The position numbers were made by a program, and so were the translations under genes. A DNA stretch of 64,000 bases, taken from Saccostrea echinata (Eukaryota). How positions within the stretch are numbered: the stretch's first letter is position 1; every line of letters begins with the position of its first letter. Positions 1 through 11,049 of this stretch are shown piece after piece. The notes under the pieces are model-generated. The model was given only the letters and a program-made list of their open reading frames with translations, made no database searches and was not told where the DNA came from. The DNA is taken from the NCBI RefSeq assembly GCF_033153115.1, contig NW_026889833.1, positions 806,001-870,000 on the forward strand, given 5' to 3'.

Positions 1-49
1 AATAAATTGAGAATACATGTTATGTATTTATTTATACTTTAAAATAAGC

Positions 50-210
50 AGCACACAGTGGATGTGATCATGACCTTTTGACAAGGATGTTTACTCCTCC
101 ATTGTACTTAATCCCACTTCTGATATTTTGAGAGGTCTGTGTTTGCTCATCTGTATCGTTCCAATGGACTTTTGAGCTTGATTAATGTTCGTTATCTTCA
201 TATTTCCTTT
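50..210 (+). mobile_element. Penelope-like retroelement, degenerate 3' tail fragment
   Basis: Contains ggatgtttactcctcc...atcccacttctg...gaggtctgtgtttgctc, matching the 3' module that follows the RT stop in the better copies at 11050-11865 and 43355-43860. Boundaries approximate. Confidence 0.6.
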
Positions 211-971
211 CAATTACTAAAATGATCATCATTGCACACAATGTAAAAATTCATTCAAAATCATTCAAAAGGACGAATTTCGAAGCAACTAAATTTAGAT
301 AAATACATAATTAGAACATTTGATTTGTCATTAAAGGCAGACTGCTGAAATGATGTTAACTGAATGCAAAATTAATTTTTGTCAGAGATGTTATTTCAGT
401 GTCAACGTTTTGGTTTTATTAATAAAATAAGGTCAATTATAAACAATGTGGAAATTTTGACAGGTTGTAGTTATAATTAACTTAATTAACCCTCTTCGTA
501 ATGTTGAATAAAGAGTATATATTGCCGTTTAAGAAAAACAAACAAGTAGGATTCAAAGAATTAATAGGTCTATTTGTATAATTAACTTCAAAATTATATT
601 TATCGCTGCATTAATTAATCATAGGCGCCAGCACAGCAAAATCTTCTTTGATATGGTTTATTAGAAAATAGTTGAAATTGTATTTGTAGTTGAAGATGCA
701 CTTTTTTGGTTAATGTACTTTACGTGGTGACTAAATTAAGATTAGTACATTAAGTAATCGTCCTGTGTAACCTATTTATCTATGTATGTGTGTGTCAATG
801 TAATCATGTAGTAATCTTTGAACACAGCAAATCTGATTTAACTAAAATAATTTAGCGTTGATTCACCTAGCTTGGTGACACTCGGGAATAAAAAAAAAAA
901 GATCAATCAAGTGACAAAAATTTGTTTTCAAACATATGTGACATAATATTCACTGGCATTTGGTATAAAAT

Positions 972-1485
972 TAAGGAAGCCGGTTGGTGCCAGGTAGAAA
1001 AAATATTTTATCTGGCGGCCGCCAGAAAATTATTTGGCGGCCGCCAAATAATTATCTGGCGGCCGCCACATAAATAACTGGCGGCCGCCAGAAACTTATC
1101 TGGCGGCCGCCAAATACTTTATCTGGCGGCCGCCATAAAGTTATTTGGCGGCCGCCATATAATTATCTGGCGGCCGCCAGAAATTATGTGGCGGCCGCCA
1201 GATAAGTTATCTGGCGGCCGCCAGAAAGTTATCTGGCGGCCGCCAGATAATTATTTGGCGGCCGCCAGATAATTTCTGGCGGCCGCCAGATAAGTTATCT
1301 GGCGGCCGCCAGATCTTTTTATCTGGCGGCCGCCAGAAAATTATATGGCGGCCGCCAGATAGGTTTCTGGCGGCCGCCAGTTATTTATCTGGCGGCCGCC
1401 AGATAATTATTTGGCGGCCGCCAGAAACTTATCTGGCGGCCGCCAGATAAAATATTTTTCTACCTGGCACCTACCGGCTTCCGTA
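972..1485. mobile_element. Non-autonomous TIR DNA transposon (MITE), IS3EU-like, with an internal array of 20 palindromic TGGCGGCCGCCA units
   Basis: Left end TAAGGAAGCCGGTTGGTGCCAGGTAGAAAAAATATTTTATCTGGCGGCCGCC is the near-perfect inverse of right end ...CCTGGCACCTACCGGCTTCCGTA. TAAAAT is duplicated on both flanks (966-971, 1486-1491). Twenty NotI-containing units with ~22-bp period. TAY..RTA ends with a 6-bp TSD are the described IS3EU signature (left end has one mismatch). Confidence 0.85.
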
Positions 1486-1622
1486 TAAAATACATAATTC
1501 TGCTAACTAAATTTACATTTAAGTTATGAATGCAGGTCAGATGAATTATAAAACTTCCTGTCGTCAACAACAAAGTTAATGTTTTCTAGAAAGAATTTCT
1601 TTTAACAATGTTTATATTTGAG

Positions 1623-1653
<31 letters not shown>

Positions 1654-1709
1654 GATTTGGACATTTCGAAAAAGTCACAGTCTCAAAAATGGGAAGCTTA
1701 TCGTCCCAA

Positions 1710-1758
<49 letters not shown>

Positions 1759-1894
1759 TACATGTGAGCTTTGTACATGTATACAATATCAACCTTCTTC
1801 CAAATATTTTTAATCATTTTACATTAGTATTGTTAAGAAAAACAAATGTGAACCATAATTTTCATTCGATTTCATTGAGGCCACGTAGAGGAAC

Positions 1895-2505
1895 ATGATA
1901 AAACTTCCTTTACTTATGTAGCAACATACCCTTATCCCCTGCATATGGGGTTTATGTTTAAAAATTGTTCAAGGCATCACCCTTGGGCAAAGGGCGTGGT
2001 CTCAAGATCACTTCAAAGTTGACGAAAAATTACAATTTATTAAAATGTTGATGTTTTGCTTGCTATAAGGACTAGGATCATCAAATCTTGTCAATTGATG
2101 CATCTAGGGGCCTTACATCATATTGACTCAAAAGAAGGTCACGATGACCTACTTTTTAAATTTTGCGGCCATTCTTTTTCAAAATGATTTAGAGGTTAAC
2201 GTCATCATTTCGTTAGTTCTATGGTCGATACAATGACCTTGTCAGCAAATACAATCTATCATTAAATCGAATGATGCTGACTGACGTTTGTAATACTAAT
2301 TGTTAGGCCATTATAAATCACTGAATTGTCTACGGATTTTTCTGTTTGCCCGATCATGACAACGAGCACACGGCGGGTGTGACCGGACGACAGGGGATGC
2401 TTACTCCTCCACGGCAACTGATCCCACCTCTGATGTTTTTAGAGGTCCATGTTTGCTCTGGGACTTAATTGATTGTTTAGTGTTTGTTAGCTTCATATTT
2501 CATCC
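1895..2505 (+). mobile_element. Penelope-like retroelement 3' fragment, interrupted at ~1970-2195
   Basis: Degenerate FPYLCSNIPLSPAYGVY (1905-1960) and FYGRYNDLVSKYNLSL..MLTD (2215-2290) RT C-terminal motifs, then the conserved cacggcgggtgtgaccgg..caggggatgcttactcctcc module. Confidence 0.75.
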
Positions 2506-2894
2506 ACAATTTCAATGATCTAAGATCAAAATGTAGAAATGCAAATCAGACAATTTTGAAAACCCTGACCTAAAACACAAAATAATAATACACTCCAAAT
2601 TATTAATTCAATCGCGAAACAGATGAACAAGGACCAGAATTTCTTACCAAGAAGTCACTATTAAACATTTATTTGCGGACCAGTTTAATTAAAGTCCATT
2701 TGAAAAAAAAGCTTTTAATTTTTTTTATAAAACATATTTTTCTTCATTTTATTCTGATTATTTACTTAATATTTAATTTTTGTACAATTTTTACTCTCAT
2801 TGCACATTTACTCATTGTCAGCAGAATAAGAACATTTCGCATTTTGCACTTTATGATTAGAATTTTAAGACCTGCCTCTTTCCATCATTTAAAT

Positions 2895-2952
<58 letters not shown>

Positions 2953-3164
2953 ATTGTTTGATATTTTATGCTGTAATTATCCTTATTAATTATTACTTCT
3001 TCAAAAAAACTTATGAGAGAAATCCTCAAGATATTTACTGTTCTATACAGAGCAATAGGAATATTTTCTCTTTGTTCTTCCACAGGTATTTAGAAAGCGG
3101 CCAGAGACTAGTTAGAGCTGTTATATAATTTGTATTTTTCAGCTCATTCACAAAGAAATCAATG

Positions 3165-4400
3165 ACATGGTGAAGATAGCAAACAGTGAGCAATCTCATA
3201 AAAATCTACAAATAATGCAAATTTGCGTACTAAGCGTAAAAAACGGACCCCTGGAAATTCCAGATGGGATCAAGTGCCCAGGAGAAGTTAGCATCCCCTT
3301 TTGACCGGTCACGCCCGCCGTAAGCCCAATGTAGTGATCAGGTAGATTGAATATTCCGTGCTTAAATTAAGTATGAAAACAAAACCTGAAACACGTCGGC
3401 CAAAATAAGACCCAGTAATAGGTAATATTTGCTAACAAGGTCATTATAACAACCATGGAATTTACTAAATGCTGACTTTAAAGGAGGTTGTTGAAATCCC
3501 TGTAACATCAACTAATCTGCCAGAAGCCTGACTTGGTTTAAAAAATGATCAAACTCAGAGTATGTTCTTGACTATCGAATAAGTTGGAAGCCGTTAACGC
3601 TGTAATTTAAGCAGGTGATAGTGAAGTATTACCAAATAAATAAGAAGTCAATAAGAAGGCGAGGTCATCTCGTTGTGATACAATTTTTTTTTATTAGCTT
3701 TTTTATAGTCAGGAAAACATCCAACTATGAAACAGATGTGACAGACACTGGGATATATCGAATCGACATGTACCAGATGCGCATTTCGACAAATGAATTA
3801 TGTCTCTTCAGTCTTGCTCATGTGGAAACGTTGGAAATATTTAAATAAAAAAAAACCTAAGAGCTGAAAAAGAGGGGTGCTAAGTACGTCGAAGGATCAG
3901 GGCTATGCATGAGGGTGATAATCCTTAATTTTGAAATAAATTTCTAAATTTTACCAAAGAATTTAAATATAATCCGTATTTTCAAATTAGTACCACAGAA
4001 CTTAGCTACTGGCTGTAGAGACCATCAGGAGCCTCTAGAAGTATCTATTGTTAACTGATAAAACGTCGTCGATAGATATAAATGGCGAGTTGAAGGCCAC
4101 AGCAAGCGTTTTTTTTTCTTCCCGTATAAAAGTTTCTGAATAAATTCTGCTTCATAAGAATATAAAAACAGGTCTGCTAACAAAGGAACACATTTAGTCA
4201 AGTGCTCATCGAAAGTCAAACAGTTTGTTGGAAGACCTGGTCTCCAAAGATCACATCAATGTTTTCAGTAAGGAACTCCAGCATTTTTCTAATATCAACT
4301 TCAGAGTACGTGTTTGTAGGATCAGAGTGTTTTTTTTAACAAAGTAATTTTGTTGATGACAAATTACAATATACTAGAATTTCCGAGTTCTATTTTATTA
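3165..4400 (-). mobile_element. Penelope-like retroelement RT fragment, split by a ~400-bp insert
   Basis: 4040-4400 (-) encodes PLLADLFLYSYEAEFIQKLL and a decayed YIDDVLSIN motif. 3165-3650 (-) carries the RT C-terminus and the 3' stem-loop module. Confidence 0.8.
3769..3818 (-). ncRNA. Minimal type I hammerhead ribozyme motif (stem I degenerate) within a retrozyme-like monomer (~3740-4040)
   Basis: Minus strand reads gcaaga-CTGAAGA-GACA-taattcatt-TGTC-GAAA-T-GCGC-A-TC-tggtac: CUGANGA core, 4-bp stem II, GAAA, short stem III with palindromic GCGC loop, AUC cleavage triplet. Confidence 0.7.
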
Positions 4401-5162
4401 TTTATTGATTTTTTTTTTTTTTTTTTAAAAAATACATGCGTTCAGTTTATTTTTCTCTATGGCTGTCTCTAAAACTTTTCTCTCTTAAAATTCTTAAAAC
4501 GGGGCCCTTAATATTTATAGCTTCTCGTGAAGGCATTCAAAATCATAATATACCTGCTTGAAATCAAAATATACGTATGTCTTTAGACATCAAATGCGAG
4601 AAATAGTAAGATATATACTATCATATTAATGTAAGAAGTGTTTGATTTGATATGTTCTTAAGGAAAATTAAAAAAATTCTTCCCATACCGACATAAAACT
4701 TTAATTATTGTAGCTTATCCTCGTTCTTTTTGTTTTGGCCAAGATAATTTAAACATCTTCACTCTATGAGAAAGGTTTTGTTTACATGTAAATTTTGTCA
4801 CTCCTCTAATTACACTAATGACCCTATCAATTTGTTTCTACCTTACAATAATTATTAATCATTTCCCATTGATTAAGGGCATGAAAATCCGTTAAAATAA
4901 AATATCTGTCCATCCAATTTTGGCTAAAATTGTATCTGTAAATCTTGAGAAGCCAGTAATTCCAACGTTAAGAAATATGTAACAGAGAGCAGATTGACAA
5001 ATGGACGACAGCCAAACTTAACCCAAAAAGCCTGCTTGAGCTTCTTGATCAAGTTAGGTACAAAAATAAAATAAAACAGAGTTTTATATTTGCAACATAT
5101 ACTTTATCAAATCAGAGGTAAGAAAGGGAGGCATATATCTATAATGTTTTCTTGAAGTAGTC

Positions 5163-6431
5163 TTAAGGAAGCAGAGGACTAATTATATACTGAAACGCAA
5201 AAGAAACGCAACAAGCAGTAATCTACAAATATTTGAACCTTTTAACTAATGATTTTCATAACTGATTACAGTTAAGTTAAACTCGATTTAAAACCATCAA
5301 AGATTTGTTAACAATGTTAAATGATTACCTTTTAACTTTAGAAAGTAACACATGACTGTTAAAAACCCCCCTTCTCAGCCATTCAATTATGGCGTGGAAG
5401 ACTGCCATGCACAACAATTGCAGCTTGATTTCCACGATGCAATAAGTTCATCAATCTCGGGATCTGAGCGAAAAAAATATTCTTTGCCATTTTTAAATGT
5501 CCGTTTTTCAGATGATGAAGTCGAATTTTCTCTAACCTAGCGCAGTGTAGTAACACTTGGACTTCCGGTCCACGGACTATCATTCATGCTAATGATACGT
5601 ATGAGCCTGTTGAGGCGTGTTGTCGTGCATTTTTGCATCTGCAATTCTCCATTACCTTTATTTTCAGATTTTCCAAGTAGAGCACTTGAAATGCGTACTT
5701 AAGTCATTTTCAGGAAGCCTCGGCATATCTTCCAGAAACGAAAGGAGAATTTATTTTGCGAAATATTGCTGCATTACTTATGATAAACAGATACAAACCC
5801 TTAAAACCCCACATTTTTGTCAAATGTTTTGTTAAACATGCAATTTTTGATTTCTGTTCAGCGGGCTCAAACTTAACGTCCGGTTATGACATGAAAATCA
5901 TTCAACCGTTAAATTATCGATACTTACAATGTTGAAGATATCCGTACTTTTTAGATACAAAATTATATCCTTTATATGATTTTCCCCTCTAAAATAGGAT
6001 GTTGCGTTTCTTTTGCGTTTCAGTATACTTGGACCGCCTACAGTGCCAAATATACCACCTACACCGCCAACTAGGCTGAGTGAACCTCCTTTATCGCCGC
6101 GGTAAACTTGAAAAGGGCTGATTGAATGGTAAGTACGCATGTCAATTTGGCCATGCAGATGGTCTTCTTCAGCATTTTCCATTATATAGGGACAGAAGTT
6201 TTCGTCATTTCATGGTATTTGTGTTGAATGGAAAGGGAGGTCGGTGAAGTTACTGTTATAGTAATCAAGTCGTTGATATTCAATTGGAATCTGATACCTT
6301 TCCAGCTGTAGTCATAATTTGGACAATATTTCTGTGGAAACTGTCGTCTGCTTATTACTTATCACTGCAGGGAGGTCCAATTTGTTGACTGTCTATTTCA
6401 TTAGAATTGGTGCAAGTCCCGTATTTTACCT
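5163..6431 (-). pseudogene. Decayed terminal exon of an unknown protein with a Gly-rich C-terminus, disrupted by the Tc1 insertion
   Basis: One frame runs from ~6390 to 6026 with two in-frame TGA (6314-6312, 6212-6210). Removing the Tc1 element and one TA gives ...GGSLSLVGGVGGIFGTVGGPSIISPLLP* (TAA 5165-5163). Candidate acceptor ttttttgtag at ~6432. Confidence 0.4.
5188..6025 (-). mobile_element. Tc1/mariner element, internally deleted
   Basis: Perfect 26-bp TIRs TACTGAAACGCAAAAGAAACGCAACA (5188-5213 and inverse 6000-6025) and TA TSDs (5186-87, 6026-27). Minus strand retains a decayed Tc1 N-terminus (MPRLPEND...; DSPWTGSPSVTT...IRLHHLKN, compare DRPRSGRPRVTT...IRL.HLRN). Confidence 0.85.
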
Positions 6432-6616
6432 CTACAAAAAAGAGTATATTGCTGCTTATAACAGATCAGGACTTTGAAATGATTTATACAATACATATTT
6501 GAATGGATTTCTTTGAATCAAATATTTTGGCCAGTTTCTCTATGTTAATGTTGAGAGATCCTTCAATTGGTGCAACAGATCTGCAGGGTTTTTGATAATA
6601 AAGTATTCTAAAGCTT

Positions 6617-6886
6617 AATCCTTCTCCGAGCAATGAGGCCCATGAGGCCGTTGCTTCTATCCGGTTTCATTGGTGCTAAGCAGATTCCCCTTGATGGGAT
6701 ACCAGTCAACTCCCAGTAAACCCCCAGCCTTAACCGGTTCCCATTTCAGTTTTGGTGGATCAAGACAATGCAGATAAAGTACGTTGTCTAAGGACACAAT
6801 ACACAATATCATGTGATCACAGCGGGGTCGAAAACGGCGACCTTTCGTTTAATGGCCTAATACCTATAACCACTGACACATGTGCT
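6617..6886 (-). mobile_element. tRNA-derived SINE (CORE/V-type body)
   Basis: Minus strand has an A-box-like cagtggtta, B-box-like gttttcgaccc, then tgtgtccttagacaacgtacttt (CORE-like), gactggtatcccatcaagggg (V-like) and a gaaaccggatagaagc tail. Confidence 0.6.
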
Positions 6887-7270
6887 CTTCTAAGGTAGTC
6901 TTTGTAGATATTATATTTCTGTTTGTTAAAAAAAATCAATGTTCTTAATGTGCTTGTTTTCAGTAACTTTCATAGTATGTCCCTTTACTAACATTCCATG
7001 AATAACACTTTTTTCCAGATATGCTATGTCTAAATTTCTTTTTTGAAATTCCAACTCTATATTTCCAGTGTAGAACTTGTAACCTAAGTATCGATCGCGA
7101 GTTACACAGCGTTAACCTCATTGATACTTGATCTGGTTTCTTTTCAAAATATAAAAACCAAAATAAAAAAGTTCAATTGAGAATTATAAATTCACAGATA
7201 AATACTTGAAATGACAAAATGACCACCTGAGTTGAATACTTCGTCTTGTGACCTCTACCCAGTGATCCTT

Positions 7271-7597
7271 CTACTTCACCAGACTATCGTCCTCCTCTCG
7301 TCCAAGTCTTTCTCCTCCATACCATCCATATCCTCCAATTATTCCTTCTGTATTTCCTCTGAATCCTCGTCCTCCTGTATATCCTCTATATCCTCCAATT
7401 ATTCCTCCTGTATATCCTCCCAATCCTCCGAATCCAAATGCCGGGCTTCCGTATCCAACTACTCCTCCAAATCTTGCTGATCTAAGGCTTTCAGCCATTC
7501 GTCCACCAAGCCCCCAAGGATCAAAGCTTTGATAATCGATTTCAGTGTCCGCAAAACAGGAGAACAGAATGGCGAGTAACACAATCAAGGCTTTCAT
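7271..7597 (-). CDS. Secreted Gly/Tyr-rich low-complexity protein (shematrin-like shell-matrix candidate), 108 aa
   Basis: ATG at 7597. Signal peptide MKALIVLLAILFSCFA followed by GGY/GGIIGGY repeats. Acceptor ttaacag lies 5 nt upstream of the ATG. Confidence 0.75.
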   Translation of the reverse strand: MKALIVLLAILFSCFADTEIDYQSFDPWGLGGRMAESLRSARFGGVVGYGSPAFGFGGLGGYTGGIIGGYRGYTGGRGFRGNTEGIIGGYGWYGGERLGREEDDSLVK

Positions 7598-7896
7598 GCT
7601 GACTGTTAACACATTATTTTTGTTATCTTTTATTTTATTTTTATGTTAACTTAATTATTTTTCATATAAAACTGTTGTATTTATTAAAAGAAATGCTCTG
7701 CTATTCATACTTATTCGTTTCTAAGTTACAATGCAGCACCTCTGCCATTCAGAGCAAATTTCAAACTCTGTTAGGGATTGATCAAAAGTGCAATGTCCAA
7801 AACAAATTTCAAATAGTTTTCATCAAGACACCCCTCTCCTCCTCTCTCAAAATTAAAAATGAAGAATGCTGATGGAATTCAATTATTAAACAAATA

Positions 7897-8068
7897 CAGT
7901 GAAACACGGTTATAGCAAACACGCTTATTACGAATTGATGCTTACAGCGAAGTGATATCCATCCCCTTGACTTTATAATATATTGTAAACTTGACGGATA
8001 TAACGAATTACGCTTATAACGAAACAAAATAGTCCGTCCCTGGCACATCGTTATAAGCGTTCTTACTG
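7897..8068. mobile_element. Tc1/mariner (pogo-like) MITE, 172 bp, in the intron of the Gly-rich gene
   Basis: TA|CAGTGAAACACGGTTATAGC ... GTTATAAGCGTTCTTACTG|TA: imperfect TIRs with TA TSD. Confidence 0.75.
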
Positions 8069-8627
8069 TAAATATTTATACTATTGAAAAGATCTTCACA
8101 ACTTGAGCGGTCCTGGTGCTACTCTTTGCAAAGCCCCGAAAAGAAACGGGAACACTGACGTGTCTGATGTTCAAAAGGCACTTTTACTTCTAACTATTTG
8201 AATTTAGGTTGGTTGGTTTTTTTTTTTTTTTTATTTGTTAATCCGAAATTGATGTTTTGATCTGGCCCCATAAAATTTAATCTGATATGAAAAGGTTTTA
8301 GGAAACATGAATAAAAATATAAAACTAATTTGAGTGCTTCTACATACATGAATGTGATCTATGATTAAGTCTTCTGAATTTGATATTTTTGTAACAATAA
8401 ACACGATTATCGTGTTTTTGTTAATCATAAATTTACTACTCTCTTGATAATTTCTCTACAACTTTGGTCATAACTGTAATTCAGAATCTAAAATAATTCT
8501 ACGAAGGAAATTAAAGTAATATACTAAAAAGCATCACAAAGAACATAAATAAATGACTTACAAGCATTTTTTCCTGGTCATTTCAACTGCGTTTTCCCCC
8601 TACCTTTATAATTTTACTTTCACTTAC

Positions 8628-8689
8628 CTGCAATCTGATTCTGTAAAGTATCAAAAATGTTAACTAAGAAATATATGTCGTCTTTTATA
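8628..8689 (-). promoter_or_regulatory. TATA box and short non-coding first exon of the Gly-rich gene
   Basis: TATAAAA at 8689-8683, a CA initiator-like site ~31 nt downstream (8659-8658), and a consensus donor CAG|GTAAGT at 8628/8627 that can splice to the acceptor at 7603. Confidence 0.55.
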
Positions 8690-9756
8690 GTTTACTGGGA
8701 CAGTAAGGGGTCATACACTCTAATCCAAATTTGCTTGCGGGAAATTTTAATTGGTCTGCAATCCTTAATTACTTATCATTTTGCTTAATGTTGATAGGGG
8801 TTGTTATATAATATTCAAATTCAATCATGAATTTACTAGAAATGCATACTTTTTTGCTTTAAAAATCATAATTGCATTATAACTATTGTCAAATCCAGTG
8901 AAAGTTGGTCACCTGAAATATCAATCATCTTGACAGTGGCTGACAGAATCAAATAAAAAAAAAAACTATTTCTTTTTCATGACAAAGACTTAATCAAAAT
9001 TTTAAAAATGGTGCTTTCTTAGAAAAACTGAACATTTTTTTCAAAAGCTGTATGACATGAACAATTCCTCATATTTACATTTAAAGATTAATTTCAGGTC
9101 TTACATACAAAGAAAGGGCAAGTTATGGTAACGGCCGAATCTGGCCCGTTATTTGATGTAAAAATCAGAACACAGTTAAAATTGTGATAGTTTGTAGTTA
9201 AGAACTTAAAATGATGCTTGTTTTAAAACCAGCAACAATTTTGATTCAAATCCTACACAGAGGCCACAAGAGGGTGCAGAGGTAGGATATTCTCCCGAAT
9301 TTCCTCAATTCTGGTCGAATTTCGTAAAATTTGAGACACTTTTCATTTCAAGAAACATAGTGCACAAGATTGCCTATCTGAAATTTTTATACATAAGATG
9401 CATTTGATACTAGTGTATGAAATATATAAATTTGATGGATAGGCAAGCTTGTGCTCTATGTTTTCTGAACTAAATGTGCTGTAAAATCGATGAAAGTTTG
9501 CATTAAAATGTGAAAATTCGGATATTGACATATTTTCCTTCCTGTGACGTGTGTGCATCCCATAGCTTAGAACCGATACTCATTTTGTGGCAGGGGTGAC
9601 AACAGGTTTTGAATTGATAAACTATTGCATCGTCCTAAACGGCACCCCAAACCAGGGCCCAAAAAGTGGTATTAGTCTATCTTGTCCTTTCAACTTTAAA
9701 AAATGCATTTTTTTAAAAAATGAAATAACATACCGATTGTCAAACTCAGTGATTAA

Positions 9757-9857
9757 TTGATTGTTTGTTCTTTAACGTCCCATTCGAGAATTTTTCATTA
9801 ACATAGAGACGTCCTCGTATGCAAGTGAAGGGCTTTAAATAAAGACCTATACTCGGT
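9757..9857 (-). mobile_element. 3' tail of a Meta-type tRNA SINE
   Basis: Reverse complement reads gacgtctctatgttaatgaaaaattctcgaatgggacgttaaagaacaaacaatcaa, similar to the tail of the full copy at 27651-28010. Confidence 0.55.
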
Positions 9858-10329
9858 AAAATTGTGAAATTCATGGCCCCTTTGTCCGGAGTTTTGGTGT
9901 TATGGTGGGGCTTCTTTGATCATAAAGTAAAAATGCAATGATTCTTTAAAAAAAAAATTCGTTGCTCCTGAATGTTTAGCAGACAAAATAAGTGCACGCT
10001 TATGATGAGCAAGGGTGTCTCTTTCCAAATCATAAAATTCAGGGATCTTGGATCAGGATTTTTGGTGTTAGGGTGGGGCTCTCTTGTTCTTATATGGAAA
10101 TGCATTAATTCTATGAATATCTTCTTACAGGTAAGTATATAGATCTAATATACTTTATGAGTTGTTACTAAGTACCAGACTAACCATTTGTTGAACCATT
10201 ATTTTCCTATTTCTCTTGTTTTTGGCAACATATCTCCATCTATTAGATTATTCTACTTTATAATAATCTGTGGATCATTTACAGGGTTGTATTATACTCA
10301 GGTAACCATTAAGGCCCTTGTGCCTTGTT
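9858..10329. repeat. Helitron/Helentron-associated ~166-bp satellite-type element fragment
   Basis: Two degenerate units (aaaattgtgaaattcatggcccct...ggtggggc) and terminal actcaggtaaccattaaggcccttgtgccttgtt. Same family as 34374-35330. Confidence 0.55.
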
Positions 10330-11049
10330 CTGATGGATGGCCTTGACCAGTTGTCTCTTCTAACCCACGTATTTCATATTTGGGATCATGGCTACTATAA
10401 GGACTTGGTTGCTGGCTCTTTACATGGAGCTTTGGTTAAGATAAGGATAGTCCATGGCGGCCTTGTAACATTTCACCAAGCTGATTGCTTCTATTTGCCA
10501 TGGAGGTGTTCTACAAGGCTAACTGAAAGTTCAAGTTCAAGCTTGCAGGACAAGGGCCTGGTTTATGTTATAAACTCCACTGATTTAAAGAATATTTGTT
10601 TGTTTGAAAACCTCGGTAAATCTGTAACTGTCAGGATCTTTATAGTATCTCCTGACTGTACAGTTAGGTGCCAAAATGGAGTCTTGTCAGAGACCAAACT
10701 TTGCAACGCCTAAATGATAGGATTTGACTGTTTGAAAGAATTGTGTACAGAAATCCCAACCTCACATTAAAATATGTTGTGCATCGTTTAGTCAATGCAA
10801 TCTTAAGCGACGACACAGAATAAATATTATTTCAAATTTTTACTTTGTTGGTTGTTTGAGGTATAAGCAATGGTACAGTCTAGCAAATTTTGACAGATTT
10901 TTTCCGAAAAGGGAATAAATAAAACAAGCTATGATCATATATATCAGGATTTTACATTCATTTTGATTTCAAAATATGTTTAACGGATGGGTAATGCACA
11001 CTAACGCTTAATTTGCGACTCTCATCGTCGATGACTTGCTGAGATTTTT

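Noticed and set aside
1011-1447. CRISPR-like repeat/spacer appearance
   Set aside because: Repeats are 12 bp, spacers ~10 bp and mutually similar, the array is bounded by TIRs and a TSD, there are no cas genes, and the context is eukaryotic.
1586-3128. ORFs with poly-Phe/poly-Lys (1586-1792, 2673-3128, 2889-3083)
   Set aside because: Artefacts of homopolymer A/T runs.
5898-6182. 94-aa ORF as a real gene with an NLS-like KRKR
   Set aside because: The C-terminal half is read from the Tc1 TIR and interior.
6210-6314. Two in-frame TGA as selenocysteine codons
   Set aside because: No redox-motif context and no SECIS seen downstream. The exon is also hit by a transposon, so decay is simpler.
7232-7480. 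Ser-rich plus-strand ORF
   Set aside because: Antisense shadow of the Gly-rich gene.
9113-9690. Possible TIR element (aaagggcaag...cttgtccttt)
   Set aside because: Only ~10 bp of imperfect inverse match and no TSD, which is not enough to call.
10318-10713. 131-aa ORF
   Set aside because: Non-ATG start, no recognisable motif, no supporting splice structure.
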